The notes below the pieces were generated by a model. The model ran no database searches. It was not told where the DNA came from and was given only the letters and a program-made list of their open reading frames with translations. A stretch of DNA of 58,451 nt, taken from a virus (taxonomy: Duplodnaviria > Caudoviricetes). The stretch lies in the IMG/VR virus record IMGVR_UViG_3300031669_000033, positions 1 to 58,451 of that record. One strand, 5' to 3'. Numbering within the stretch: the first letter of the stretch is position 1; every line of letters begins with the position of its first letter. Shown here piece by piece: positions 37,062-45,947 of the stretch. The translations under genes and the position numbers were made by a program.

Positions 37062-38393
37062 ATGACTGTGGATATTCGGGTGGGTGATGCGCGGTCGGTA
37101 TTGGCCGATCTCGCTGACTGCAGCGTTCATTGCGTGGTCACATCGCCACCATATTTCGGCTTACGCGACTATGGCGTTGCCGGCCAGATCGGGCTTGAGC
37201 CGACGCTGGACGGATACATCGCGGAAATGGTTGCGGTGTTCCGCGAGGTGCGGCGCGTGCTGCGGGACGATGGAACCTGCTGGCTGAACCTCGGCGACAG
37301 CTATTCGACCAGGGCAAATGGATCGTGCGAGACGTCGGACACGGGGGTGCATTCGGTCCAGCACGCGGCGGCGCGGAGGGATATCTCGCTGCGGTCGCGC
37401 GGTATGTCGCCCGGGTTCAAGCACAAGGATCTTCTGATGGTGCCGGCGCGCGCGGCGATTGCGCTGCAGGAGGACGGGTGGTGGCTGCGTTCGGACATCA
37501 TCTGGTCGAAGCCGAATCCAATGCCGGAGAGCGTTATCGATCGGCCGACGAATTCGCATGAGCATGTCTTTCTGCTGGCGAAGTCTGACGGTCCCACCTT
37601 CTGGATGCACCGGGAAGGGCTCGGCAGCCGGGTGCAGCCGGCTCCGGATCACCGGTGGGTGGATTGGGACGCGGAGGGCGTAGAGCAGGCGGATGAGCCG
37701 GTCGACTGGCAGACAGAGCGGTCGCACCTGGACGGTCGGCGCAAGCGGTGGCGCCGCATCAATCTCTGGGAGGGCCGGTCGTATTTCTTCGACGCCGAGG
37801 CGATCAAAGAGGACGGCACCATCCCTGCGGGCACGCGCGCGGCGAAGGGGAGCAACGTGCGAAGCGAGTTGAAGGACGTGAACAGCCGGCCGCCGGAGTA
37901 CTGGGAATATGACGGCACGCGAAATGCTCGGAATGTCTGGACCATCGCCACGCAGCCGTTCTCGGGCGCCCATTTTGCCACGATGCCGCCGCGGCTGGTG
38001 GAGCGGTGCATCGCGGCTGGAACGTCGCAGGCGGGTTGCTGCTCGGTTTGTGGGGCGCCGCATGTTCGGACGCTCATCCGGACAAAGGCTATCATCCGAA
38101 AAAGCGAAAGGAACGACGATAGGGGTACCCGCACCAGGGTAAGCGGCACGCAGGTCGCTGCGGCCAGTGCGGAGACGATCGGGTGGTCTGCGTCCTGTAG
38201 CTGCCCGGGTGCGGACGTGGTGCCGTGCGTGGTTCTCGATCCGTTCGGGGGCGCAGGCACCACAGGGCTTGTCGCTGACCGTATGCAGCGGGACGCGGTA
38301 TTGATCGAGATCAACCCGGAATATGCGAACCTGGCGCGGGCACGCATCGCTGGGGACGCTCCGCTGTTTGCTTCCGGTCATGACGCGGCATAA
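37062..38393 (+). CDS. N4-cytosine/N6-adenine DNA methyltransferase (beta class)
   Basis: VTSPPYFGLRDY, LRSDIIW.KPNPMPES..DR, HFATMP and LDPFGGAGTT. Confidence 0.92.
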   Translation: MTVDIRVGDARSVLADLADCSVHCVVTSPPYFGLRDYGVAGQIGLEPTLDGYIAEMVAVFREVRRVLRDDGTCWLNLGDSYSTRANGSCETSDTGVHSVQHAAARRDISLRSRGMSPGFKHKDLLMVPARAAIALQEDGWWLRSDIIWSKPNPMPESVIDRPTNSHEHVFLLAKSDGPTFWMHREGLGSRVQPAPDHRWVDWDAEGVEQADEPVDWQTERSHLDGRRKRWRRINLWEGRSYFFDAEAIKEDGTIPAGTRAAKGSNVRSELKDVNSRPPEYWEYDGTRNARNVWTIATQPFSGAHFATMPPRLVERCIAAGTSQAGCCSVCGAPHVRTLIRTKAIIRKSERNDDRGTRTRVSGTQVAAASAETIGWSASCSCPGADVVPCVVLDPFGGAGTTGLVADRMQRDAVLIEINPEYANLARARIAGDAPLFASGHDAA

Positions 38394-38401
38394 TGGAAAA
38401 C

Positions 38402-38435
38402 GAAGAAGCCGCCGGCGGGAACCGGCGGCTTCTTC
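38402..38435. terminator. perfect 14-bp inverted repeat, terminator-like
   Basis: GAAGAAGCCGCCGG-CGGGAA-CCGGCGGCTTCTTC. Confidence 0.6.
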
Positions 38436-38543
38436 TGCGGCCTGGGAAGGGTCGCGGTGTCTCACGAAGGGAGTTCGTGTCGCAATGCAGAATCTATTCG
38501 CTCGATCGCTGAATGACAAGGCGTTGCCTGGGGTTCGGCGGTC

Positions 38544-38897
38544 ATGAGCATCGCGGCCGTGCATTTTGTTCTCGACGTCGATGTGCGGCGGTCGGCCGAT
38601 AAGCTCTTGCTGATCATGGTCGCGCGGTCTGCGGATCGGTCTGGTGTCGCATCCCCTACGCACAAGCGTCTCATGCGAGAGACGTCGCTCGATCGCAAGA
38701 CGGTCATTCGGGGCCTGCAGCGTCTCTGCGCGGACGGGTTTTTGTCGGACATCGGGCGGCGTGGTGATACCGGGCAGGTCGTCGTGTATCTCGTTCTAGG
38801 GCTGGGCGTACGGGCTGCGAGGAGACGGGGACGTCCTCGGCCAGCTGGGCCGCGTGCGGGCGCCTCCGGTGGTGCTATTGGGGGGATCTTCGGATGA
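38544..38897 (+). CDS. winged HTH protein (replication-associated)
   Basis: KLLLI..A..AD..G...P....L...T.L..KTV.R.L..L...G. Confidence 0.7.
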   Translation: MSIAAVHFVLDVDVRRSADKLLLIMVARSADRSGVASPTHKRLMRETSLDRKTVIRGLQRLCADGFLSDIGRRGDTGQVVVYLVLGLGVRAARRRGRPRPAGPRAGASGGAIGGIFG

Positions 38898-39877
38898 GTG
38901 CTGCAAAGGCATGGTTTCCGCTCTACGTCGCCGATTTCATGGTGGATACGGCAACTCTGACGATGGAGCAGTCCGGGTGTTACATGCAGATGTTGATGTA
39001 CTCCTGGCGCACGGCGCGGCTACCGGATGATGACGGGGAGTTGGCCGAGTTGTGCAGGATGCCACTGGCTCGGTGGCGGCGGCATGTGGCCGACAAGGTT
39101 CGGCCGTTCTTCGTGGTTCAAAACGGTCTTTTGCTCTCGCCGAGATTGGAACGGGAGCGGTCGGTCGCGGAGAAAAATGCGAACAGTGCGCGTGAAAAAA
39201 GTTTAGCTCGGTGGGGTGAAAAAAAAGGTGCAGTCGCTAAGGAAAACAAGCCTGTAGATAATGCTGCGGCATTGCCGGTGGAATCCTCACTACCTTTACC
39301 TATACCAAGAAAGGAAGAAAGAAAGGAAGAATCATCAACACCGAGTCTTCTCATTCACCAGTCGTGTTTGGGCGAAAAGGCCGCGCCTGACGGCGCTGGT
39401 TTGTTCCGTTTCGGGGACGCGGATGATTCGGCGGAAGGGGGGGCGCCGGTCGCGCCTGGCGGAGATCCGGTGCGGCGGGAATCGCCATCGGTTCTGACCA
39501 ATGGCACAGCGGTTGCGTTCGCGGAGTTCTGGTCGCGCTATCCGATGCGGATGTCAGGCGGTCGGCTGGTGAAACCGGATCGGACGGCGGCGGAAAAGGC
39601 ATTTGCGAAGGCGGTGAAAAGGGCGCCGGCCGATCGCATCCTCGAGGCGCTCGCACGATTTCCGTTCCAGTTCGATCAGCCACAATATATTCCAGGGCCG
39701 GCGGTCTGGCTGAACAAAGGCCAATTTCTGGCGGAGGTTGGTGCGGCGGTGAAAGCGCAACCGGCGCCGGGCAAGCTGGGCTGGATGGTCGAGGCGGCGG
39801 CTCAAGGGCGCGAAGGCGCGGACGCGGAGCATGAAGGCGTAACAATCGACGGAGGTGTCGAGCCATGTCGGAACTGA
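38894..39877 (+). CDS. replication initiator, DUF1376/YdaU-like
   Basis: WFPLYV.DF..DT..L..EQ.G.Y..L....W...LPDD..LA; C-terminal F..FW..YP...A.KAF...WLN. Confidence 0.85.
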   Translation: MSAAKAWFPLYVADFMVDTATLTMEQSGCYMQMLMYSWRTARLPDDDGELAELCRMPLARWRRHVADKVRPFFVVQNGLLLSPRLERERSVAEKNANSAREKSLARWGEKKGAVAKENKPVDNAAALPVESSLPLPIPRKEERKEESSTPSLLIHQSCLGEKAAPDGAGLFRFGDADDSAEGGAPVAPGGDPVRRESPSVLTNGTAVAFAEFWSRYPMRMSGGRLVKPDRTAAEKAFAKAVKRAPADRILEALARFPFQFDQPQYIPGPAVWLNKGQFLAEVGAAVKAQPAPGKLGWMVEAAAQGREGADAEHEGVTIDGGVEPCRN

Positions 39878-40590
39878 TGACGCGGGCCGTGGGTGGTGTG
39901 GCCCTGGCGGATCTGCCGCATCTCTCGCAGCCGCTCGAGGCGGCCATGCGGCAGGTGCTGCAGCCGCATCCCAGCGAGATCGGGAAGCGGCTAGAGGTCA
40001 TGCCATCCGTGCAGCGCGAAGCGGCGCAGCACCTGGCGCTGTTCGAGGCGTCGTGTCGGCCGGTCGAGGTGCGGCAGGTGCGGGCGTGGCTGCTCGGCAT
40101 CAATGGGGCCGTGCGCAATCCGCAAGGCGCGCAGGATTTCGAGATTCGGTTGGCGGCCGTGATGGCAGGGCTCGGGGACACGCCGGCGTGCGTCGTCTCC
40201 AAGGCAAGCCAGCGCGAGGCGCTTGCGTCGTTCGAGTTCTTTCCGGCGGTCGCGGATCTGGCGAAGCTGTGGGCGCCGGTGGCGTACGACATGCGGGCGC
40301 GTCTGTCGGCGCTCCGGTCGATCGCGGCGGCTCCGGTAATCGCACCGCCGGTCGAATTGACGCTGGCGGAACGTGAGGCAATCCTGGCCGAACATCGCGC
40401 GAAGATGGCGCCGCTTGAGGCGGAACGGCTGGCGCGCGAGGCGGCGGAGGCGGCTCCGCGGCGTGCTGTCGGTGGGCGCCCGGTGGATCCGGCGATACTG
40501 GAGGCAATTCGGGCGCAGTCTCCGATCGTGCGCGAGGCGCGGCGGATAGCGGCGGCGATCGCGGCGGCGCGGCCGTCGTTCGGCGAATGA
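39865..40590 (+). CDS. replication-associated protein (possible helicase loader)
   Basis: Follows the initiator; FFP.VA.L motif. Confidence 0.55.
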   Translation: MSELMTRAVGGVALADLPHLSQPLEAAMRQVLQPHPSEIGKRLEVMPSVQREAAQHLALFEASCRPVEVRQVRAWLLGINGAVRNPQGAQDFEIRLAAVMAGLGDTPACVVSKASQREALASFEFFPAVADLAKLWAPVAYDMRARLSALRSIAAAPVIAPPVELTLAEREAILAEHRAKMAPLEAERLAREAAEAAPRRAVGGRPVDPAILEAIRAQSPIVREARRIAAAIAAARPSFGE

Positions 40591-40650
40591 TGGGGCTATG
40601 GGCAGCGTGACGGCAGGCAATGTGACCGCGTGTGCGGTGTAGGAGTTCGG

Positions 40651-40860
40651 ATGGCAAAGCGCGCGGCATCACCAGGAACGAAGTCTCCCGAGAAAGCGAT
40701 GGCGGTCTTTCCGGATCACCGCATCGTCGGTGTCGGGACGCTCCGGCCTTATCCCAGCAATGCGCGCACGCACTCGCCGGAACAGGTCGATAAAATCGCG
40801 CGCTCGATCCAGGAGTTCGGATTCACGAATCCGATCCTGATCGACGGCGAGAGCTGGGCG
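40651..40860 (+). pseudogene. truncated ParB/Srx-like N-terminus, in frame with the downstream HNH gene
   Basis: L.PY..NARTHS..QV..IA.SI.EFGFTNPILID ends before the expected IIAGHGR motif. Confidence 0.7.
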
Positions 40861-40861
40861 C

Positions 40862-40889
40862 TTGGCATGTGGCGCCGGAGTGCTATCAT
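40862..40889 (+). promoter_or_regulatory. sigma70-like promoter for a probably leaderless HNH mRNA
   Basis: TTGGCA-16-TATCAT with a TGn extension; ATG 40897 begins 8 nt after the last -10 base. Confidence 0.5.
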
Positions 40890-40896
40890 TCGTCGT

Positions 40897-41517
40897 ATGG
40901 CCAGTGATAACGAATATTGGATCGCGCTTCCGGGACTGCCGGGATACGAGGTTTCGAACATGGGGCGCGTTCGGTCGCTGGATCGGGTGCGGCTATTTGT
41001 TGGGAGGTGGGGGCCGACGAGCCGCCGGCATCGTGGGCGCATCCTGAAGCTTAAGCCAAAGCCGAACGGGAGCGGTGCGATCTACTGGTGCTTTTACGCG
41101 GATGGGGGAGCATGGCCGCAGGTAAATCGGTCGGTTTGCTTGGCATTTCATGGTGACCCACTTTCGGCGCGACACGAGGCGGCACATCTTGATGGCGACA
41201 CCGGCAACAACCGTCCGGAAAATTTGAAGTGGGCGACCCCCGCCGAGAACGCTTCCCATAAGATTGCTCACGGCACCATTACGGTGGGGAGCAAAAATGG
41301 AGCCGCGAAGATTTCGGAAGAACAGGCCGCTCAAATTCTGGAGCGATACGGTCGAGGCGAACCTTCTGCAAATCTGGCGGCGTTATTCGGCGTTTCCGAG
41401 TCATTGATACGGGGAGTTGCTCGGGGGGCAATCTGGAAGCATGTCGCTTCGGACCATCGCGCAGCGGCGCTGGCGCGTCTCCGCCAAAACATGATCGAAG
41501 CGCCTCGACGCAATTGA
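40897..41517 (+). CDS. NUMOD4-HNH homing endonuclease
   Basis: W..LPG..GYEVSNMGRVRSLDR; V.R.V..AF.G...H.DG...NN...NL.W.T..EN..H. Confidence 0.85.
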   Translation: MASDNEYWIALPGLPGYEVSNMGRVRSLDRVRLFVGRWGPTSRRHRGRILKLKPKPNGSGAIYWCFYADGGAWPQVNRSVCLAFHGDPLSARHEAAHLDGDTGNNRPENLKWATPAENASHKIAHGTITVGSKNGAAKISEEQAAQILERYGRGEPSANLAALFGVSESLIRGVARGAIWKHVASDHRAAALARLRQNMIEAPRRN

Positions 41518-41527
41518 AGGAGCGAAA

Positions 41528-42109
41528 ATGAAGCCTGCGGTGAAGGCGGCGCGCAAGGCACCGCGCGCGGCGGCTCGGGCTACCGGCAGGGCCGGGGCTG
41601 GGGCGACGGAAAAGACGGTGACGGAGAAGGTGCCCACGGCTCCGGCTCCATCTCCGGCTAAGGCGAGGGGGCGCCCGCGCTCGGTGGTGGTGCAAGCCAA
41701 GAAACCACCAGCAGCGCCGGCGCCGGTCGCGGCTCCGGAAGATCCGGCGCCGAAGGGCCAGCGCGGCGGCCAGAATCGGTTTGAGCCGACGGCGGATCAG
41801 GCAAAGGTTGTCCGGGCGATGGCAGCCTACGGGATCCCGCAGGACAAGATTGCGCAGGCAATCGGAATCTCGAAGCCGACTCTGGAAAAGCATTTCCGGG
41901 AGACGCTCGATATCGCCATGACGGAAGCGAACGCGAAAGTAGCGGAGACGCTGTTCAAAATGGCAACGTCTGGCACGGTGGTAGCGGCGACGATCTACTG
42001 GACTAAGGCCAGGATGGGCTGGCGGGACGTGCAGGCGATCCAGCAGCTGGACGAGAACGGCAACCCGATCGCGCCGGGCGCCACCTTCGTCCTCAAGATC
42101 GAGCGGTAG
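41528..42109 (+). CDS. terS: terminase small subunit-like HTH protein
   Basis: AYGIPQ..IA..IGIS..TL.KHF..L....A.A.V...LF..A..G...A.IYW.K.R.GW; AAGGAG RBS. Confidence 0.75.
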   Translation: MKPAVKAARKAPRAAARATGRAGAGATEKTVTEKVPTAPAPSPAKARGRPRSVVVQAKKPPAAPAPVAAPEDPAPKGQRGGQNRFEPTADQAKVVRAMAAYGIPQDKIAQAIGISKPTLEKHFRETLDIAMTEANAKVAETLFKMATSGTVVAATIYWTKARMGWRDVQAIQQLDENGNPIAPGATFVLKIER

Positions 42110-42365
42110 GAGCGGCTTTCGCGGGCGGCGGGTTGGCGGTGTGGTGCATCGTCAGGATCTCGAGCCATCTGGCCACTGGCGCCGGGATGGGGGCGCCGGC
42201 GCGCCACCTGCGCACCTGGCGCTCGTCCATCTCCAGCAGGGCGCCCAGGGTGCGGTTGGTCCAGCAGAGGATGGCGAGGCAGATGCCCAGGCGCTCGCCG
42301 GTCATGGGCGGCTCGGGCGGCGTCTCGATCCTGGCGTCGTGATAGGCCAGCGGGCGGGATCTCAT
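42093..42365 (-). CDS. small HTH regulator (last gene of the leftward cassette block)
   Basis: MT......CL..L.W....L...L..DER.VRRW..G..IP..VA.WL; ATGA overlap with the methyltransferase. Confidence 0.7.
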   Translation of the reverse strand: MRSRPLAYHDARIETPPEPPMTGERLGICLAILCWTNRTLGALLEMDERQVRRWRAGAPIPAPVARWLEILTMHHTANPPPAKAAPTARS

Positions 42366-43444
42366 CGGTTCATCTCCATGTAGGCCGCGATTACTTCGGC
42401 GGCGACGACGGGGTTGATGGCGTTGCCGTAGGCGCGGAGCTTTTGGACGTCGCCTTTTTGGCGGATCGCGAGGGGCCAGATCTCGGCGGTTTCGGGGGTG
42501 GAAAGCAGGAACTCCAGGCCGGAGGAATTCCCTGCAACCACGCGCTGAACGCTGGATTGAGTAGGCCGGAATTTGCCGTCTGTGCAGGCAATCCATTCAA
42601 GGCTGCCCCAGGGATCGTGTGGGCGACCTGGTTCTGCAGTTGCTCGCCTTTGGCTCCCTGGCCACGCTCCCGCAGCGTCTGGTGTTTCGGGGTGCGCCAG
42701 TCGCGTGCCGCTGGCGTCGCCCAGCCTGCTGTTTGCGCCGCGGCCACCAAGCACATCATCCCAGGGCGCGGCGTGATGTGGCCGCCCTTCAGGCTGTCGT
42801 TGACCGTCGCTGTCGGCCAACTGGCCAGCAACGAGACCGCGTTGAGGCTCACCGTCGCCTTGCTGCCGTCCGGCCGGCGTCCCGTCGCGTTCGCCCCGGC
42901 CGCTGCCTGCGAGCCATCCGCGTTGCCCACCGTTGGGGTCGGCCACCCAGTACAGCCGGTGTCGGATGTTCGGTGCCCCGACGCCCGCAGAAGGGAATAC
43001 GACCGGCCCGCAGGTGTAGCCACCTGCTTCCAGGTCAGTTGATACAAGATCGAGCCACATCCGGCCGTCCTTGCCTTCAACCTGCTCGCCAAAGATGACG
43101 CCAGGGCGATGCTGCTGGACGAGCCAATGCCAGGCGGGCCAAAGGTGCCGCTCGTCAGCAAACCCAGCGCCTTTGCCTGCCGCGCTGAAAGGTTGGCAGG
43201 GACAGGAGCCGGTCCAGACCGGGCGATCGTCGGGCCACCCGGCGCGGCGCAGGGAGTAGGACCAGAGGCCGATGCCAGCAAAGAAGTGGCATTGTGTGTA
43301 GCCTCGGAGATCGTCGGGGCACACGTCCTCGATGCTTCGGTCGTCAACGTCGCCAGGGGCCACAAGTCCAGCTGCAATGGCGTTGCGGATGCACTCGGCG
43401 GCATGCTTGTCCCTCTCGTTGTAATAGGCGCGGGGTGCGGTCAT
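42362..43444 (-). CDS. C5-cytosine DNA methyltransferase, alpha polypeptide
   Basis: FFAGIG (motif I), GSCPCQPFS (IV), GEQV (VI), R.RLYWV (VIII) and LRAYGNAI (X). Confidence 0.9.
   Translation of the reverse strand: MTAPRAYYNERDKHAAECIRNAIAAGLVAPGDVDDRSIEDVCPDDLRGYTQCHFFAGIGLWSYSLRRAGWPDDRPVWTGSCPCQPFSAAGKGAGFADERHLWPAWHWLVQQHRPGVIFGEQVEGKDGRMWLDLVSTDLEAGGYTCGPVVFPSAGVGAPNIRHRLYWVADPNGGQRGWLAGSGRGERDGTPAGRQQGDGEPQRGLVAGQLADSDGQRQPEGRPHHAAPWDDVLGGRGANSRLGDASGTRLAHPETPDAAGAWPGSQRRATAEPGRPHDPWGSLEWIACTDGKFRPTQSSVQRVVAGNSSGLEFLLSTPETAEIWPLAIRQKGDVQKLRAYGNAINPVVAAEVIAAYMEMNR
42391..43404 (-). CDS. overlapping alternative-frame ORF: beta polypeptide of the C5 methyltransferase
   Basis: WPTP/WPTA/WATP repeats and LNPAFSAWLQGIP..W, which resembles motif IX missing from alpha. 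True start uncertain. Confidence 0.7.
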   Translation of the reverse strand: MPPSASATPLQLDLWPLATLTTEASRTCAPTISEATHNATSLLASASGPTPCAAPGGPTIARSGPAPVPANLSARQAKALGLLTSGTFGPPGIGSSSSIALASSLASRLKARTAGCGSILYQLTWKQVATPAGRSYSLLRASGHRTSDTGCTGWPTPTVGNADGSQAAAGANATGRRPDGSKATVSLNAVSLLASWPTATVNDSLKGGHITPRPGMMCLVAAAQTAGWATPAARDWRTPKHQTLRERGQGAKGEQLQNQVAHTIPGAALNGLPAQTANSGLLNPAFSAWLQGIPPAWSSCFPPPKPPRSGPSRSAKKATSKSSAPTATPSTPSSPPK

Positions 43445-43674
43445 CTGCTGAAGTCGCAGGAGGGAGAAGCCAGGAAGAAGGCGATCAGGCTCTCGATATC
43501 GCCTTCCCATCCCTGCTCGGCGGCCATCTTCAGGGAGTCGCGCGCCTGATCGACCACCATGTCAGCGTCCGCGCCGCGGGCCGGCTGTGTCGCGCGGATA
43601 TATGCGCTGTCCATCAGCTTCTGGCGTGCATGCATCAGGCACTGGTTGATCGGGAGTTTGAAGGTGGTCGTCAT
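43441..43674 (-). CDS. hypothetical protein, first gene after repeat unit 1
   Basis: GAGGGA RBS within the repeated leader; MTTTFKLPINQC...; ATGA overlap with the methyltransferase. Confidence 0.7.
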   Translation of the reverse strand: MTTTFKLPINQCLMHARQKLMDSAYIRATQPARGADADMVVDQARDSLKMAAEQGWEGDIESLIAFFLASPSCDFSR

Positions 43675-43756
43675 CTGGGCTGGTCCCTCGAAACTCGGCG
43701 GGCCCGCTGCCCTGCCGCTGGATGGAACATGCCGCAAATCGCGGACATCTGCAAGC
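43675..43756 (-). promoter_or_regulatory. promoter-operator-leader repeat, copy 1
   Basis: TTGCAG-17-CATGTT with CCGCGATTTGCGG in the spacer. Confidence 0.75.
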
Positions 43757-43790
43757 AAACATCGGCGATCCGCGGCATCTTTTCGCAGCG

Positions 43791-44546
43791 TCACCCGCTG
43801 ATGCTGTAGCAGGTGCAGGCGCGCTCGGTGTCGGTCGCCGACAGCTTCGTGCGGGTGACCACGCGCGTCTTGCCGAGCGTGCTGACGAAGGCGCGCACGG
43901 TGTGCGGCGCCCAGCCGAGGGCTTCCTCGATCTCCGGCCCGGTGGCGCCGTTCGGCCGGGCCAGGAGGGCGATAGCCTGGTCCTGCTTGCTCGGGGCGCC
44001 GGCGGCGCGCGGCGCCGGCGAGCTGGCCCGCTGGCGCGGCGGGGCGCCTTTCAGGGCGTCCAGGGCCGTCCGGAGCTCGGCGCGCTGCGTTGCGTGCTCG
44101 CCGCGGAAGGAGAACTCGTCGAGGGAAGCCAGCAGTTGCTCGGCAGCCAAACGGACGCGCTCCTGGCGTCCCTTGGCGCTGCGGTCCCAGCTGGCGGCGT
44201 TTGCCTGGGCGACCGGGTGCTCGAAGAAGCTGGTACTGCCGATATCGACGGCTGGCTCGGGCTCGGGCTCGGGGTCCGCGGCCGGCGCCGGCGGTTCGCG
44301 GCCGATCGCGGCCAGGCCGGCATCGGTGATGTAGAAAGCTTTCGGGTAGCCAGTCGCGTCGGCGATCACCAGCCCCGGGGAGTCCCGAGGGGCATCGATC
44401 CGTTCGAGGTAGCCGGGCTTCGTCTGCGCGGTGCAGCTGTTCAGCGCGACCACGTAGGGCTTGTTGGAAAGGATCGGGACCAGGCGGTCGGCGCGATCGG
44501 CGGCGCTGGTCAGCACCAGGCGGGCGGTGTCGGAAAGGTCGGGCAT
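43791..44546 (-). CDS. DUF3489-like winged-HTH protein
   Basis: SKQ...IALL.RP.GAT..EI...GW.PHTVR...S.L.K; N-terminal ITDAGL.AIG. Confidence 0.8.
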   Translation of the reverse strand: MPDLSDTARLVLTSAADRADRLVPILSNKPYVVALNSCTAQTKPGYLERIDAPRDSPGLVIADATGYPKAFYITDAGLAAIGREPPAPAADPEPEPEPAVDIGSTSFFEHPVAQANAASWDRSAKGRQERVRLAAEQLLASLDEFSFRGEHATQRAELRTALDALKGAPPRQRASSPAPRAAGAPSKQDQAIALLARPNGATGPEIEEALGWAPHTVRAFVSTLGKTRVVTRTKLSATDTERACTCYSISG

Positions 44547-44650
44547 CGTGGGATCCTCTGTGGTTGCGGGCCGGTGGATCCGGCTCCTTGCACCGGCTCA
44601 AGCCCGGCCTGCTGTGCAGGTCCGGGCGGCCGAGGCGCCAGGGCGGCGCG

Positions 44651-44833
44651 TTAGGCAGCGTCGCGTGCTGCGCGGGCTGCCTCGAGCAGATCATGGGCGG
44701 CTTGGTCTGCAGCCGACAGCGCGCTGTCCAGCTCGGCCTCGGCGCGCTGCATCGCCGCTCTGGCAGCACGCACTCTGCTGTTGGCGCTGTCAGCGCCGGC
44801 GGCCGCGGCGGCGATGAGAGGGTGGACGTTCAT
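44651..44833 (-). CDS. small Ala-rich helical protein
   Basis: GGAG RBS; MNVHPLIAAA... Confidence 0.6.
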   Translation of the reverse strand: MNVHPLIAAAAAGADSANSRVRAARAAMQRAEAELDSALSAADQAAHDLLEAARAARDAA

Positions 44834-44873
44834 GGTGGTGCTCTCCGGTGCAGGGTGGTGCAGGGTGGTGCGG

Positions 44874-45062
44874 TCAGGGCACCAGGTGGGAGCCGTTGAC
44901 CGAGGCGTCGCTCTTGATGTCGAGCAGGATGGCAGCGGCGGCGAGGGCATCACTTTGGGCATGGCGCTCGTCGTCTGCGGTGATCTCGATCGACATGGTG
45001 CCGTAGATGCGGCGGCCGTTATAGGTGGTCGAAATGCTCAGTTCGACGTCGTATGCGGGCAT
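44874..45062 (-). CDS. small hypothetical protein
   Basis: GGAG RBS; 62 aa, acidic. Confidence 0.7.
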   Translation of the reverse strand: MPAYDVELSISTTYNGRRIYGTMSIEITADDERHAQSDALAAAAILLDIKSDASVNGSHLVP

Positions 45063-45119
45063 CTTCGTTTCTCCGGGTGGGTGGGGAAGGAAGCCGGCGC
45101 GGGGCCGGCTCCGGGAACG

Positions 45120-45341
45120 TCAGGCTTTGTATTCGCCTTCCAGGAAAACCATGTCCGAGATCTCGGTGAGGCGCTGTTGAAGGTTTGCCATCGAGCCGGC
45201 GTCGCCCCAGGTCACTCCGCGAGGGCCGGCGCCCAGGCCGAAGTCAGATTCGGCGGCGGCGGTCAGGCGGGCGAGGGCGGCGATCGCGCGGGCCCGGTGG
45301 GCTTCGAAGGCGGCGGCGGCGGTGGCGGGGGTGTTGCTCAT
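45120..45341 (-). CDS. small hypothetical protein, first gene after repeat unit 2
   Basis: F...P..V.WG.AG.......L.EI.D..F.EGE motif. Confidence 0.75.
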   Translation of the reverse strand: MSNTPATAAAAFEAHRARAIAALARLTAAAESDFGLGAGPRGVTWGDAGSMANLQQRLTEISDMVFLEGEYKA

Positions 45342-45423
45342 CGGGTCTATCCCTGGTTTTCGGCGGGGCCAATCCCCTGTCCGTAAAAACAACATGCCGC
45401 AAATTGCGGACGGATGCAAGCGG
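45342..45423 (-). promoter_or_regulatory. promoter-operator-leader repeat, copy 2
   Basis: TTGCAT-17-CATGTT with the perfect CCGCAA-T-TTGCGG palindrome; GGGG/CCCC hairpin; AGGGATAGACCCG-ATG. Confidence 0.8.
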
Positions 45424-45443
45424 GAAAAGATGTTTTTTCAGAA

Positions 45444-45722
45444 TTAAAAAAGGGATTGCTGGCGGGGGTCGGGCGGCTCGATCTCGGGCTCGGCCGGCGT
45501 GGGCTCGGCCGGCGCGGGCTCGCAACCTGGCGCCCAGCGAAAGCCGAGTTCCTCGGCGGTCTCGGCGCGCTGCTGGTGGGGCTCCGGCAACAGGTCGCCG
45601 GCGCTGTAGTACTGCGTGCAGGGGGCGCACTGGTAGGCGCCGCATCGGTCGCAAGGGATCGCAAGCGCGGGGTGCGTGCAGCGCCGGCGGGGCTGCCACA
45701 GGACGACGACGGGCGCCTTCAT
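45444..45722 (-). CDS. small zinc-binding protein
   Basis: PCDRCGA...PC.........H..R motif. Confidence 0.65.
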   Translation of the reverse strand: MKAPVVVLWQPRRRCTHPALAIPCDRCGAYQCAPCTQYYSAGDLLPEPHQQRAETAEELGFRWAPGCEPAPAEPTPAEPEIEPPDPRQQSLF

Positions 45723-45925
45723 GCCCATATCCTTTCGCTCAGGCGCTCGAGGTGCGCAACCTGGGCGGCGGCGGTCGCGCGGCTGTCGCGCATAAGCTGT
45801 GCCCACCGCGGGCGGTCCATGTCGGTCAGGGCGGCCACGCCGCGGGTGTAGTGGTCAAGCTAGCGCCGCGCATGGGCAAGCATGATGTCGATGGTCCAGG
45901 GGGGGGTATCGGCGTCGTAGATCAT
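45719..45925 (-). pseudogene. 68-codon gene interrupted by an in-frame TAG at codon 22
   Basis: GGAG RBS; MIYDADTPPWTIDIMLAHARR*LDHYTRGVAAL...SERIWA-TGA overlapping the next ATG. Confidence 0.65.
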
Positions 45926-45947
45926 GGCGGGGCTCCGGGAGGTGGGG

